This document shows positions 9,395 to 18,823 of a DNA stretch of 32,000 bases, one piece after another (position 1 is the first letter of the stretch; every line of letters begins with the position of its first letter). Position numbers and translations under genes: made by a program. Source of the stretch: Synechococcus elongatus PCC 6301 (GTDB taxonomy: Bacteria > Cyanobacteriota > Cyanobacteriia > Synechococcales > Synechococcaceae); contig NC_006576.1 of NCBI RefSeq assembly GCF_000010065.1, positions 2,520,001-2,552,000 of the forward strand, read 5' to 3'. The notes below the pieces were generated by a model, which saw only the letters and a program-made list of their open reading frames with translations, was not told the origin of the DNA and did no database searches.

Positions 9395-12300
9395 ATGCGC
9401 TGGATAAGACCACGATTTTCTCTTTGGCAACACCCTCAGCGCGCTCTGATTATTGCAGTTCTTTATGGCGCAGCAGGACTGCTTTGGATCCTCTCTACAG
9501 ATTCCTTACTGCAAACTTGGCTTCGTACCGAGGTTAGTGTTTGGCAGTGGTCAACACTTAAGGAAATTTTCTACTTTTTTCTGTCAGCAGTAGTTCTCTA
9601 CGTCCTGCTCCGTCAGTGGCAGATTCTCCAAACCCTCTGCCACGCGAATCAGGAACAACGATTACAGCAACTGCTGCATCTTTTGGATGGCAATCCCTGG
9701 CCCTTATGGCTGGTGGAACCCCAAACTCTGCGCATCCTCGATCGCAATGCCGCCGCTACCGCTTGGGGAAATGCTGCCTATCTTCAGGAACTCGCCCCGC
9801 GCTCGCAACTGCTCAAGCAATGGGCTGAGAACCCAGATGCGCTGCGCCTGAGTCTCGATCTCAAGATTCCGAATGGGCAACTGCGTTCGGTTGGGCTACA
9901 GCGCTGCGCTTACCCTGATCCAGGGGCTTGGTTGATTGCCGCCAGGGACTGTGGTGATCTCCAGAGCTGGCAGCAACTGACCCAAGTGGGTTACTGGGAA
10001 CTCGACGTCCAATCCCAACTGGTTCAGACTTCGCCGCTGGTCAACCGGCTACTGGGGAAACCCTCCGATCAGTGCCTCTTCTCTTGGCAGCAGTGGCTGG
10101 AGCACTTTCAACTTAGCGATCGTTTGCGATTGGAGCAAGCGATCGACACGGGAATGCAGACGGGGCGACCCATTCAAGCAACCTATGCCCTCGCGAGTGA
10201 TTCTCAAGATCGTCAGTTAGTCGAGTTGCGAGCCGTCATCGTCAGGGATCTGGCCGGTAACGTGCGATCGCTGCGGGGGGTCCTTGAACCAAAGCATCAA
10301 GCACCACTCACTTCCCTTGAACCCTTGCCCTTATCGCTTGATCATCCGGCTGTCCTCCGTCGCATCTTGGAGGCGATTCCTGACCCGATTTACATCAAAG
10401 ACTATAGGGGCGAAATCCTGCTGCAAAATCGAGCCTGTCTTGATTTACAACCCTTCGTAATGCCGGAGGTTATTAAACAAGAAGATATTAATGACTTGGC
10501 TACGATCGCCTCCGGTTTGCCAATCATTAATGAAGAGTGGACGATCAACCCTGAAAATTGGCCGAGCCAGCATTTTCTGATTAGTAAAGTACCGCTCCGT
10601 AATGAGCTTGGGCAAATTCTGGGGCTGTTGGGCATTCGCCGCAATGTCACCCGTTGGCGTCGAGCTGAGCAAGCCCGTAACGCGCTTTCAGATCAGCTAG
10701 AGCAGACCCTCGCAGCTGTCAGTGATGGTGTTGTTGTTTTAGATCAAAACTTTGTTGTCCGAGCGCTCAACTCTCAAGCAGCCCAACAACTGAAGAAAAC
10801 GTCTGAACAGATCATTGGTCGAGTTTTTTGGGATTTATTTCCAGTAGAGCTAGGTGCCACCCTTCAGTCCGAGCTCCAACCACTGCAGCATCAGTCTTCG
10901 ACAAGAACCTTTGAACTCTGGATTGACCCACTGTCAACCTGTTGGGAGGTAAATGTCCATCGTTCTACAGCTGAAATATCGCTCTATTTTCGTGACATTA
11001 GCGATCGCGTGATGAGCCGTCAACTGCTAGAAGAAATGGCGGAGCGTTTTCAACTTGTCACTCGTGCGACGAATGATGCGGTTTGGGATCGCAATCTACT
11101 CACTAATGAGATCTGGTATAGCGCTAACTACAGCCGCCTATTTGGGGGAGAAGAAAAAGAGATCACTCAAAAGCTTGTGCAGACTGTCGATTTGCAATGG
11201 CGCGATCGCCTCGATCCCGATCAACGCGAGCGAATCATGGCCAGCTTGTCCGGTGCGATCGCTAACGGTTTCAGCACATGGAGTGAGCAATATCGTTTTC
11301 TGCGGCAAGATGGCACCTATGCCCATGTCCTCGATCGTGGCTACATTGTTCGGGATGAGAATGGCCGGGCGATTCGGGCAGTTGGTGCCATGCAGGATAT
11401 CTCTGCGATCGTGGCTGCCAATGAGCAATTGCGGTTGTGGCTAAGAGCTATTGAATCCACCGGAAATAGCATCATTATTGCGGATGCTCAACAACCGGAT
11501 ATGCCAATTATTTATGTCAATCCCGCCTTTGAAAAAATCACAGGCTTTAGTGCTGCTGAAGTGATAGGTCGCAACTTTCGATTTCTCCAAGGGCTCGAAA
11601 CTCAGCAAGCTGAACTCGAAGAGATGCGCCGAGCCTTGGAGGAAGGGACGTACTGTGAGGTAACGCTACGCAGTTACCGTAAGGACGGCTCACTTTTTTG
11701 GAATCAGATTTCTCTTGCGCCCGTTCGAGATCAGAAAGGGCACCTAACCCACATGGTGGCCTCACAAACTGATGTCAGCGAGAGTAAAGCGTTCGAAGAA
11801 ATGCTACTGCAACAGGCAACCCACGATGCTCTCACTGGTCTGCCTAATCGCCTGCTCTTTTTAGATCGCCTCGATCAAGCCGCTGCCCGTGCCCGTGGCG
11901 GTGGATCGCCGATCGCAGTACTCTTCATCGATCTCGATAATTTCAAAGCGATCAACGATGGCTTTAGCCACAGCGAAGGAGATGCCGTTCTGCAAATTGC
12001 TGCTGGACGATTGCAACAATGTATTCAAGAGCATGAAACGGTTGCCCGCCTCAGTAGTGATGAGTTTGTCATTCTCTTAACTGATCTGGACGTTCAGAGC
12101 AAAGCCCGAGTGAAGGCAGCCATGATTCAATCCCTGATGGCCAAGCCCTTCGAAGTGATGGGTAATCCGATTGAACTGACAGCGAGTATTGGGGTTGCGA
12201 CCTTCCCCCACGATGGTCAATCGGGCAGTGAGTTGTTGCAGGCCGCTGATTTAGCAGTCTGTGCTGCCAAGCAACAGGGCAAAAATCTTTGGTGTTCGTT

Positions 12301-13111
12301 CTCAGAAGCGATGCGCGAACAGTTGCGCAGTCGGATCGACATTGAGAAAGACTTACGCCAAGCCTTGATTGATAACTCTCTAGAGCTCTATTTCCAGCCT
12401 CAAGTTGATTTGGTTACCCATCGGCTCTTGGGTTTTGAAACTTTAGTCCGCTGGAATCACCCCGAGCGCGGCTTAGTGGCTCCGGGTGAATTTATTCCGA
12501 TTGCTGAAGAATCTGACCTCATTGATGCAATTGGATTGTGGGTGATGCGAGCGGCGGGTTTGACGCTCCGTCGTTGGATTGACCACGAAGGGTTTACAGG
12601 TAGCCTGTCTTTCAATATTTCAGCCAGACAATTCATCCGCCAAAATATTTTCTTGAAACTGTTTGATGTCCTCCAAGAGTTTCAGATTCCGCCGCACCAA
12701 TTGGAAATCGAGCTGACAGAAAGTAGCCTGATCGAATCGCCGGAACGATTTGTGCAATGGCTCCAGGAAGCCCGATCGATGGGATTTCAAGTCGCTTTAG
12801 ATGATTTTGGGACGGGTTATTCCAGCCTTGGTTACCTCAAGCGTTTGCCCATCAATGCTCTCAAAATTGATCGCAGCTTTATTCGCGATCTGCCGCACGA
12901 CCATGACGATCAAGCGATCGTGCAGGCGATTGTTGCAATGGCCAAGGTCTTGAAACTTCGCACGATCGCAGAAGGCGTAGAACGCCTCGAGCAAGCCGCC
13001 TTCTTAGAAGCGATTGGTTGTGATGCTGTGCAAGGGTTCTTCTATGGCCCACCACTGCCCGAAGCAGAAGCGCTTGCCTTCCTGCACCGTTCCGCTTCCC
13101 CTGGGGTCTGA
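9395..13111 (+). CDS. Membrane-anchored multi-PAS / GGDEF (degenerate) / EAL signalling protein
   Basis: 1238 aa. Two N-terminal hydrophobic segments are followed by several PAS/PAC units (PIIYVNPAFEKITGFSAAEVIGRNFRFLQG), a GGDEF-like domain (THDALTGLPNRLLFLDRLDQA...ARLSSDEFVILL) and an EAL-like domain (LYFQPQVDLVTHRLLGFETLVRWNHPERGLVAPGEFIPIAEE...DDFGTGYSSLGYLKRLPINALKIDRSFI). Confidence 0.95.
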   Translation: MRWIRPRFSLWQHPQRALIIAVLYGAAGLLWILSTDSLLQTWLRTEVSVWQWSTLKEIFYFFLSAVVLYVLLRQWQILQTLCHANQEQRLQQLLHLLDGNPWPLWLVEPQTLRILDRNAAATAWGNAAYLQELAPRSQLLKQWAENPDALRLSLDLKIPNGQLRSVGLQRCAYPDPGAWLIAARDCGDLQSWQQLTQVGYWELDVQSQLVQTSPLVNRLLGKPSDQCLFSWQQWLEHFQLSDRLRLEQAIDTGMQTGRPIQATYALASDSQDRQLVELRAVIVRDLAGNVRSLRGVLEPKHQAPLTSLEPLPLSLDHPAVLRRILEAIPDPIYIKDYRGEILLQNRACLDLQPFVMPEVIKQEDINDLATIASGLPIINEEWTINPENWPSQHFLISKVPLRNELGQILGLLGIRRNVTRWRRAEQARNALSDQLEQTLAAVSDGVVVLDQNFVVRALNSQAAQQLKKTSEQIIGRVFWDLFPVELGATLQSELQPLQHQSSTRTFELWIDPLSTCWEVNVHRSTAEISLYFRDISDRVMSRQLLEEMAERFQLVTRATNDAVWDRNLLTNEIWYSANYSRLFGGEEKEITQKLVQTVDLQWRDRLDPDQRERIMASLSGAIANGFSTWSEQYRFLRQDGTYAHVLDRGYIVRDENGRAIRAVGAMQDISAIVAANEQLRLWLRAIESTGNSIIIADAQQPDMPIIYVNPAFEKITGFSAAEVIGRNFRFLQGLETQQAELEEMRRALEEGTYCEVTLRSYRKDGSLFWNQISLAPVRDQKGHLTHMVASQTDVSESKAFEEMLLQQATHDALTGLPNRLLFLDRLDQAAARARGGGSPIAVLFIDLDNFKAINDGFSHSEGDAVLQIAAGRLQQCIQEHETVARLSSDEFVILLTDLDVQSKARVKAAMIQSLMAKPFEVMGNPIELTASIGVATFPHDGQSGSELLQAADLAVCAAKQQGKNLWCSFSEAMREQLRSRIDIEKDLRQALIDNSLELYFQPQVDLVTHRLLGFETLVRWNHPERGLVAPGEFIPIAEESDLIDAIGLWVMRAAGLTLRRWIDHEGFTGSLSFNISARQFIRQNIFLKLFDVLQEFQIPPHQLEIELTESSLIESPERFVQWLQEARSMGFQVALDDFGTGYSSLGYLKRLPINALKIDRSFIRDLPHDHDDQAIVQAIVAMAKVLKLRTIAEGVERLEQAAFLEAIGCDAVQGFFYGPPLPEAEALAFLHRSASPGV

Positions 13112-13146
13112 ACGTTAAAATCAGGAGCTGTCTTCTGCTGATTGGC

Positions 13147-13800
13147 ATGGCTCCTCAACTGCGTATCTTCGTGCCGCCCCATCCCTTAATTCGGCACTGG
13201 CTGGGCATTGCCCGCGATCGCCAGACGCCGACGCCTCTGTTTCGCACCGCGATCGCAGAGCTGGGCCGCTGGCTCGCCTATGAGGCTGTGCGGGAATGGC
13301 TACCAACGATTCCAGCGGCGGTGCAAACTCCTCTTGCAGAAACCCCAGCGGAGTTCGTCGATTTTTCGCAACCCTTGGCGATCGTGCCGATTCTGCGCGC
13401 AGGTCTGGGTTTAGTGGAGTCTGTCCAACAGGTTTTGCCGACTGCCCGCATTTTTCACGTGGGTCTCAAGCGGGATGAAGTCAGTCTTGAACCGCGCTGC
13501 TACCTCAATCACCTGCCAGAGCAACTTGAAGTGAACAGTCGCGTTCTGGTTCTCGACCCGATGCTGGCGACAGGTGGCTCGCTGCTCTATACCCTTGATT
13601 TGCTGCGCGATCGCGGTGTCTCTGCTGAGCAAGTGCGGGTGCTTTCAATTGTGGCTGCCCCGCCAGCGCTACAAAAACTCAGTCAAGCCTACCCGGCGTT
13701 GACGATTTACAGCGCCATCATTGATGAGCAGCTGAACGACAAAGGCTTTATCGTGCCGGGGCTGGGGGATGCTGGCGATCGCCTGTTTGGTACTCCTTGA
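13147..13800 (+). CDS. upp: Uracil phosphoribosyltransferase
   Basis: 217 aa with LRIFVPPHPLIRHWLGIARD, VPILRAGLGLVE, YLNHLPEQLE...VLVLDPMLATGGS, and C-terminal GFIVPGLGDAGDRLFGT. Confidence 0.93.
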   Translation: MAPQLRIFVPPHPLIRHWLGIARDRQTPTPLFRTAIAELGRWLAYEAVREWLPTIPAAVQTPLAETPAEFVDFSQPLAIVPILRAGLGLVESVQQVLPTARIFHVGLKRDEVSLEPRCYLNHLPEQLEVNSRVLVLDPMLATGGSLLYTLDLLRDRGVSAEQVRVLSIVAAPPALQKLSQAYPALTIYSAIIDEQLNDKGFIVPGLGDAGDRLFGTP

Positions 13801-13817
13801 TCTGCTGACTGAATTCG

Positions 13818-14834
13818 CTAGGCTTCAGCGTTGAGCAAAGCCTGAACGGCCTGCCGAATGAAGCTTTCATCCTGCGGATTTTGGCTGGGGTTGCCCGCGC
13901 GGTGACCCCAGATCGAGGGAATTGGGCAATAGTGCGCCTTAGGAATCAACTGCGCTTCGGCCTCACAATCCTCTGGGGTGAAGTAGAGATCTGTTGTCGA
14001 GGGCATGACCAAGGTCTGAGCCGTAATGCTGCCGAGTGCCTTGGCTAAATCACCCCCAAAAGCAGGGCGATCGCTGACATCACAGCGCAACCAGGTGTCG
14101 ATCATCGCCAGTAGATCGTGGGGATCGCGCTGACGATAGTTCGCTTCCCAACCCCGTTCCAAATAATCCTCTAGCGAACTGTAGCCCTGCTGCCGGTAAA
14201 TACCCGCTCGATAAAAGGCCTGAGACGCAGCCCAACTGGCATAGATCCGCGCAAAGGCTTTGTAACCGCGATCGGGAGTGGCTTGAAACCGTTGACCATC
14301 CCAAGTTGGATCAGCGATCAACGCAGCGCGAAGGCTCTCCAGAAACAACCGGTTATGCTCGGTCGTTTTTGCCGTTCCACAGAGTGCTGCAATCCGCTGG
14401 ACGCGATCGGGGAAAGCGATCGCCCAGTGATAAGCCTGCTGTGCCCCCATCGACCAGCCGTGGATCAGCGCCAGTTGCTCAATGCCCAGTACTTGGCTGA
14501 GGAGAGCCTGTTGAGCACAGACACTGTCCCAATGACTGAACCAAAACCCCTGCTCTGCCAGTCCGCAAGCCGGATCGTTGCTGGGAGAACTGGAAAGCCC
14601 ATTCCCGAACTGATTGACGATGACGATGAACCAGCGATCGGGATCGAGGATGCGATCGCCTCCAATCAGCCAGTCGATCGTCGAATGCTGAGCACCGTAG
14701 GAGGTCGGGTAGAGAATCGCATTGCTGCGATCGCGGTTGAGTTCTCCGTAGGTGGCGTAAACGAGGCTCGCCTCGGGAAGGACAGCACCGCAGTCCAGCT
14801 CAAAGTTCGGCAGTCTAAACGTGCCGACCGTCAT
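13818..14834 (-). CDS. Alpha/beta hydrolase, homoserine O-acetyltransferase (MetX)-like fold
   Basis: 338 aa with VYATYGELNRDRSNAILYPTSYGAQHS, nucleophile elbow HGWSMGAQQAYHWA, and a late DLYFTPED / SIWGHRAGNP acid-His region. Elbow residues differ from the usual MetX form, so the acyltransferase function is uncertain. Confidence 0.82.
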   Translation of the reverse strand: MTVGTFRLPNFELDCGAVLPEASLVYATYGELNRDRSNAILYPTSYGAQHSTIDWLIGGDRILDPDRWFIVIVNQFGNGLSSSPSNDPACGLAEQGFWFSHWDSVCAQQALLSQVLGIEQLALIHGWSMGAQQAYHWAIAFPDRVQRIAALCGTAKTTEHNRLFLESLRAALIADPTWDGQRFQATPDRGYKAFARIYASWAASQAFYRAGIYRQQGYSSLEDYLERGWEANYRQRDPHDLLAMIDTWLRCDVSDRPAFGGDLAKALGSITAQTLVMPSTTDLYFTPEDCEAEAQLIPKAHYCPIPSIWGHRAGNPSQNPQDESFIRQAVQALLNAEA

Positions 14835-15793
14835 GCTTGCCCGAAGGTCGAGATCAGCGCCTTGTTCACAGCGAGATAACCGCGATCGAGATGCCCCCAG
14901 TAGGACGACAGCTTCTCATGGGCAGACGGTAGCGCATGGAAAGGAATCGAAGCGCAGAAATGGTGTTCGGCGTGGAAAGGCATATTCCACATCAGCCAGC
15001 GCAGCGGTGCCCACGTCAAGGTGGTGCGCGTGTTGGTGAGCGGGTTATCATCCTCGCTGCAACCGGAATGCTCGGCCAGCAAAATAGCGCGCAGAATCGG
15101 CTGACCCACCGCCAGCGGCAGTAACCAGGCTGTCACAAACAGTGGCTGCTTCAGACCAAGCGAAAGCGCAATCAAGGCACCGTAAACCGCCAGTTGCCAA
15201 AGCAGCGATCGCTGGACTTCTGACTGGGCTTCAGCCGGAATGTAGGGATAGTCGGCAAACTGCCCCGTTGCCACTTTGAAGTGTGTGCGGATTTTGCCCA
15301 GCCACCACGGTAGTCCACTTAGTTCCAACAGATACTGCGGCCAAGTTTGGGGTTTGGGATCCGCTAGTTCGGGGTCCTTGCCCGGAATTTGGGTGAAGCG
15401 ATGATGCCACTTGTGATAGCGACGGTAAAAGCTGCTGTTGTAGAACGACAGCAACCCGGCAATCCAAGCGACTGTATCGTTGGCTCGGTTACTGGCAAAG
15501 GCGGTGCGATGCACGCATTCATGCACGGCCGCAAACATCGCTGCTAGTCCGAAGCCATAGGTCACCAACGCCGGTAGGCGAACGGCCCAACCGCCCCAGC
15601 CACTTAGCCAGAGCCCACCACTTACAGCCAGCAGGGCCAAATGCCCGAAGAATTGCTGCCAGCCCTTGGCATCCGATCGCTGGTTGAGCACAGCCAGCTC
15701 TTGGGCTGTCAATAATTTAGGCGCAGGAGTCATGACAAAAGGGGTTGTGGAAAAGGCGATCGCCCAAGGTCTCTTTCTAACCAATCGTGTCAA
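14831..15793 (-). CDS. Fatty acid desaturase-family protein (membrane di-iron oxygenase-like)
   Basis: Three histidine-box regions HECVHR, HKWHHR and HAEHH in a hydrophobic ORF. The internal Met (MTPAPKLLTAQEL, 15733) is a plausible true start. Confidence 0.85.
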   Translation of the reverse strand: MTRLVRKRPWAIAFSTTPFVMTPAPKLLTAQELAVLNQRSDAKGWQQFFGHLALLAVSGGLWLSGWGGWAVRLPALVTYGFGLAAMFAAVHECVHRTAFASNRANDTVAWIAGLLSFYNSSFYRRYHKWHHRFTQIPGKDPELADPKPQTWPQYLLELSGLPWWLGKIRTHFKVATGQFADYPYIPAEAQSEVQRSLLWQLAVYGALIALSLGLKQPLFVTAWLLPLAVGQPILRAILLAEHSGCSEDDNPLTNTRTTLTWAPLRWLMWNMPFHAEHHFCASIPFHALPSAHEKLSSYWGHLDRGYLAVNKALISTFGQA

Positions 15794-15831
15794 TCTTTGT
15801 TGCTGCTGTAGCGATCGCTACCTGAAACTCG

Positions 15832-16197
15832 CTAGAAGCCTTTGAGGGTATGAGTTGCGGCCACGAGAGCCGGAACCGCAGCGGCGGGCCAGCACGCTTC
15901 GACTCGGCGATCGCTGGCGAGGATCAGACGCAGCTCGTAGGCATCTGCAAAACCTTCTGCCTCCAGCCAGAGCAAGGCGGACTCAGCCTCAATCTGCAGG
16001 CGTTCCTCGGGCATCAATTCAGGGGCAATCGCAGCGATCGTTTCAGCGAGTTGCTGCACGAGTCGACAAAAATCCGCCATCTCAGCGGCGGTCAGTTCAA
16101 CTGCCCAATCTGTGGTTCCCACCAGACCCGGATAGCGATGGGCAGTCTCATCCCAACCCAAGCGCCAACCAGCGCCTTCTCGGAGAATTCGGCCCAT
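15832..16197 (-). CDS. DUF1818-like cyanobacterial protein
   Basis: 121 aa, MGRILREGAGWRLGWDETAHRYPGLVGTTDWAVELTAAEMADFCRLVQQL. Family assignment from recall. Confidence 0.7.
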   Translation of the reverse strand: MGRILREGAGWRLGWDETAHRYPGLVGTTDWAVELTAAEMADFCRLVQQLAETIAAIAPELMPEERLQIEAESALLWLEAEGFADAYELRLILASDRRVEACWPAAAVPALVAATHTLKGF

Positions 16198-16202
16198 GCC
16201 TA

Positions 16203-16775
16203 CTAACGCAGGAGATCGGCAGCCCCCCGACCCGGCAGGGAAGGGAGTGGGGGATTAGCCGGTGTTGCCCCTGGGGGAGTCGGCTGAGCTGCTGGCGTTT
16301 CTGGCCGATCCTCGGGGGCAGTAACGGCGGTTTGCGGACGCGGCACCACAGCCAAAATGGCATCAATCAGGCGGTCGCGTTCGACGCGGGATAGCTTCGC
16401 GATCGCTTGCAGATCAGTTTGCAGTGGGTTGGGGGTCAGCGTTTCGAAGCCAGGATAGTCCTCTTGTTTCAGGACCCCATTGACACCCAATAGGTCCGCC
16501 ATGGTCAATTTCCAGTCCAAGCGCGAAGCCAAACGGCGGTTCCGCAATTGCTGATGGAAACGAATCAGACGCGACACCAAGGTATCAGTTGGGCGCAACT
16601 CACCGCTGCGTGTACCGCGATAGCCATTGGCTCGCTCAAGGTTGGGTAACTGCTCGTAGACGAGCTGTCCAATTTCTTCTGGCCGGGGGGGCCGCTGGGC
16701 CTCGGCTGCCGACGCACAGCAGAGCAGGATGGCTAGCAGACTCCCCCAAAACCGCAAGTGGCGTTGCCGCTTCAC
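16203..16775 (-). CDS. Secreted/exported hypothetical protein
   Basis: 190-aa GTG-initiated ORF with signal peptide-like start (FWGSLLAILLCCASAAEAQ) and Pro-rich C-terminus. Its start overlaps the upstream rpoZ stop by 4 bp (GTGA). Confidence 0.7.
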   Translation of the reverse strand: MKRQRHLRFWGSLLAILLCCASAAEAQRPPRPEEIGQLVYEQLPNLERANGYRGTRSGELRPTDTLVSRLIRFHQQLRNRRLASRLDWKLTMADLLGVNGVLKQEDYPGFETLTPNPLQTDLQAIAKLSRVERDRLIDAILAVVPRPQTAVTAPEDRPETPAAQPTPPGATPANPPLPSLPGRGAADLLR

Positions 16776-17002
16776 CCGCCGATAATCTCCGGTTGATTGA
16801 GCTCGTCTGACATTTCTAAAATGGCGCGCAGCACGGGCTTAATGCCAGTTTCTTCGCTGAGGTTTTCCATCTCTTCGTAGCGAGCCTGCTTGGCGCGACG
16901 GGCGATTTGTAGGGTGACGTGATAGCGATTCGTGGAGTTAACAATCAGGCTCTCAGCTTTGAAGAGCAGATCTTGAGAATCCAGATCGAAGCGCTGGAGC
17001 AT
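16772..17002 (-). CDS. rpoZ: DNA-directed RNA polymerase omega subunit, cyanobacterial type
   Basis: 76 aa with SNRYHVTLQIARRAKQARYEEMENL and KPVLRAILEMSDELNQPEIIG, matching cyanobacterial RpoZ as I recall it. Confidence 0.82.
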   Translation of the reverse strand: MLQRFDLDSQDLLFKAESLIVNSTNRYHVTLQIARRAKQARYEEMENLSEETGIKPVLRAILEMSDELNQPEIIGG

Positions 17003-17103
17003 GATAATTCAGCAAAGGCGACAAGACTTCCAGTTTAGCGGAGTGGCTGAGCGATCGCCCTATTTGATGCTGTGTCAGAGCAGTATCAGGCTGTGCCGAA
17101 GCA

Positions 17104-18702
17104 GTGAGCGATCGCGGTAGCGGCTACGCTACAGAGTCGAGGCGCTCGGGAATTTGGTCGATGCTGCGCAACACCAGACTGCTTTTGCTAGGCATCTTCT
17201 TGTTGGTTGCCCTAGGGCTGGTGATCTGGGTGATCGATGCCCTGCAGCGGCTCTATTGGCAGCTCTCCTACAGCTCACCGCTGCTGGCTAGCTTCCTCGT
17301 TTTTGTCCTAGTTCTGCTGATCGTAGCGGTGGTCGGCAGCCTGATCTATTCCTTCAGTCGCTTTGGCCGATCGCCCCAGCGATCGCAGCCGATTCAGCTG
17401 CCCGAGGTTAAAGCCGAGGCTGCTGAGGAAAATCTCAAGGCGGTGCAGCAGCAAGTCAACCAAATTGCGGACGAAATCGCTCGTGAAGCCCTACTGGAGC
17501 GATCGCGCCAAATTGCTGCAGAACTGGAGCGCGGCGAGCTGCGGGTGGTGATTTTTGGCACGGGCTCCGCTGGCAAAACTTCCTTGATCAATGCCCTGCT
17601 CGGTCGGATTGTCGGCAAGGTTGAAGCGACAATGGGCTCGACGGAAGAGGGGCGAACCTACCGCCTAGGGCTGCGCGGCGTCGGGCGCGACATTCTGATC
17701 ACGGATACGCCGGGTATTTTGGAGGCGGGTGTCGCAGGTCGGCTGCGGGAGAAACTGGCGCGGCAGCTGGCGGTGGAAGCCGACTTACTGCTCTTTGTGG
17801 TCGACAATGATCTGCGGCGATCGGAGCTAGAACCTTGCTTGGATCTGGCTCGCATTGGCAAGCGATCGCTGCTGATTTTCAACAAAGCGGATCTCTACGA
17901 AGACCGCGATCGCGAAGCGATTTTGGCGCGACTGCGAGAACGCCTCAAGGGGCTGATTCCGCCTAGCGACATCCTGACGGCAATCGCCAGCCCCCAACCC
18001 GTACGCCTGCCGGATGGCAGTTTTTTGCAGCCAGAGCCGGAGGTAACGACTTTGCTGAAACGGATGGCTGCGGTGCTGCGCAGTGAGGGCGAGGACTTAA
18101 TTGCCGACAATATCCTTTTGCAGTCCCAGCGCCTCGGTGATGAAACACGACAACTGCTTGATCAGCAGCGGCAGCGACAAGCGGAGCAAATTGTCGATCG
18201 CTTTCAGTGGATCAGCGCGGGTGTGATTGCCGTGACGCCATTGCCGGGGCTGGACCTGTTGGGAACGGCTGCTGTCAATGCTCAGATGGTGATTGAAATT
18301 GGCCGCTTGTATGACTGTGATCTCGATCGCGATCGCGGGCGGGATCTGGCCTTGTCGCTAGCGCGAACGCTAACAAGTTTGGGCTTGATCAAAGGGGCAA
18401 CGCAGATTGTGGCGGCGGCTTTGCAAACCAACGTGGCAACTGCCATTCTGGGTCGTGCAATTCAGGGCGTCAGCGCTGCTTATCTAACCCGAATTGCCGG
18501 CCGGAGCTTTATTGAATACTTCCGCCAAAACCAAAGCTGGGGCGATGGTGGCATCACGGAAGTGGTGCAGCAACAATTTCAGCTCAATCGCCGCGATGAA
18601 TTCATTCGCAGCTTCATTCAAGATGCCTTAGTCCGAGTCGTAGAACCTCTGGCTGCCAAGCTAGAAGGACGGTTGCTCCCCCCGGGCGATCGCTCGCGCT
18701 GA
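17104..18702 (+). CDS. Membrane-associated Era/Dynamin-like GTPase with C-terminal DUF697-like region
   Basis: P-loop VIFGTGSAGKTSLINALLG, switch II DTPGILEAG, NKAD (FNKADLYED); two N-terminal TM segments and C-terminal GVIAVTPLPGLDLLGTAAVNAQMVIEIGRLY. The true start may be at 17161 (MLRNTRLLLLG). Confidence 0.87.
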   Translation: MSDRGSGYATESRRSGIWSMLRNTRLLLLGIFLLVALGLVIWVIDALQRLYWQLSYSSPLLASFLVFVLVLLIVAVVGSLIYSFSRFGRSPQRSQPIQLPEVKAEAAEENLKAVQQQVNQIADEIAREALLERSRQIAAELERGELRVVIFGTGSAGKTSLINALLGRIVGKVEATMGSTEEGRTYRLGLRGVGRDILITDTPGILEAGVAGRLREKLARQLAVEADLLLFVVDNDLRRSELEPCLDLARIGKRSLLIFNKADLYEDRDREAILARLRERLKGLIPPSDILTAIASPQPVRLPDGSFLQPEPEVTTLLKRMAAVLRSEGEDLIADNILLQSQRLGDETRQLLDQQRQRQAEQIVDRFQWISAGVIAVTPLPGLDLLGTAAVNAQMVIEIGRLYDCDLDRDRGRDLALSLARTLTSLGLIKGATQIVAAALQTNVATAILGRAIQGVSAAYLTRIAGRSFIEYFRQNQSWGDGGITEVVQQQFQLNRRDEFIRSFIQDALVRVVEPLAAKLEGRLLPPGDRSR

Positions 18703-18760
18703 GTGAGTCTGATTCCAATTACTTCTATCGACTACTCTACGATCGCCTCCAAACTGAAAG

Positions 18761-18786
18761 TCCTCTCCCAAAAACTCGAGAGAGGA
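18761..18786. terminator. Candidate hairpin between the convergent GTPase and M3 peptidase genes
   Basis: TCCTCTC (18761-18767) / GAGAGGA (18780-18786). Extra outer AAGT/ACTT pairing is possible across a 1-nt bulge. There is no strong T-run. Confidence 0.4.
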
Positions 18787-18823
18787 ACTTTCACGACGGC
18801 TTCGCTAGAAGACAGGCTGGAAT

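Noticed and set aside
13121-13306. 61-aa minus-strand ORF and the many other 60-130 aa ORFs antisense to upp, icd, glcE, psbI region, rpoZ region and the mannosidase
   Set aside because: Shadow ORFs inside strongly supported genes, rich in Arg/Ser/Ala/Pro with no recognisable motifs. They are expected in GC-rich coding DNA.
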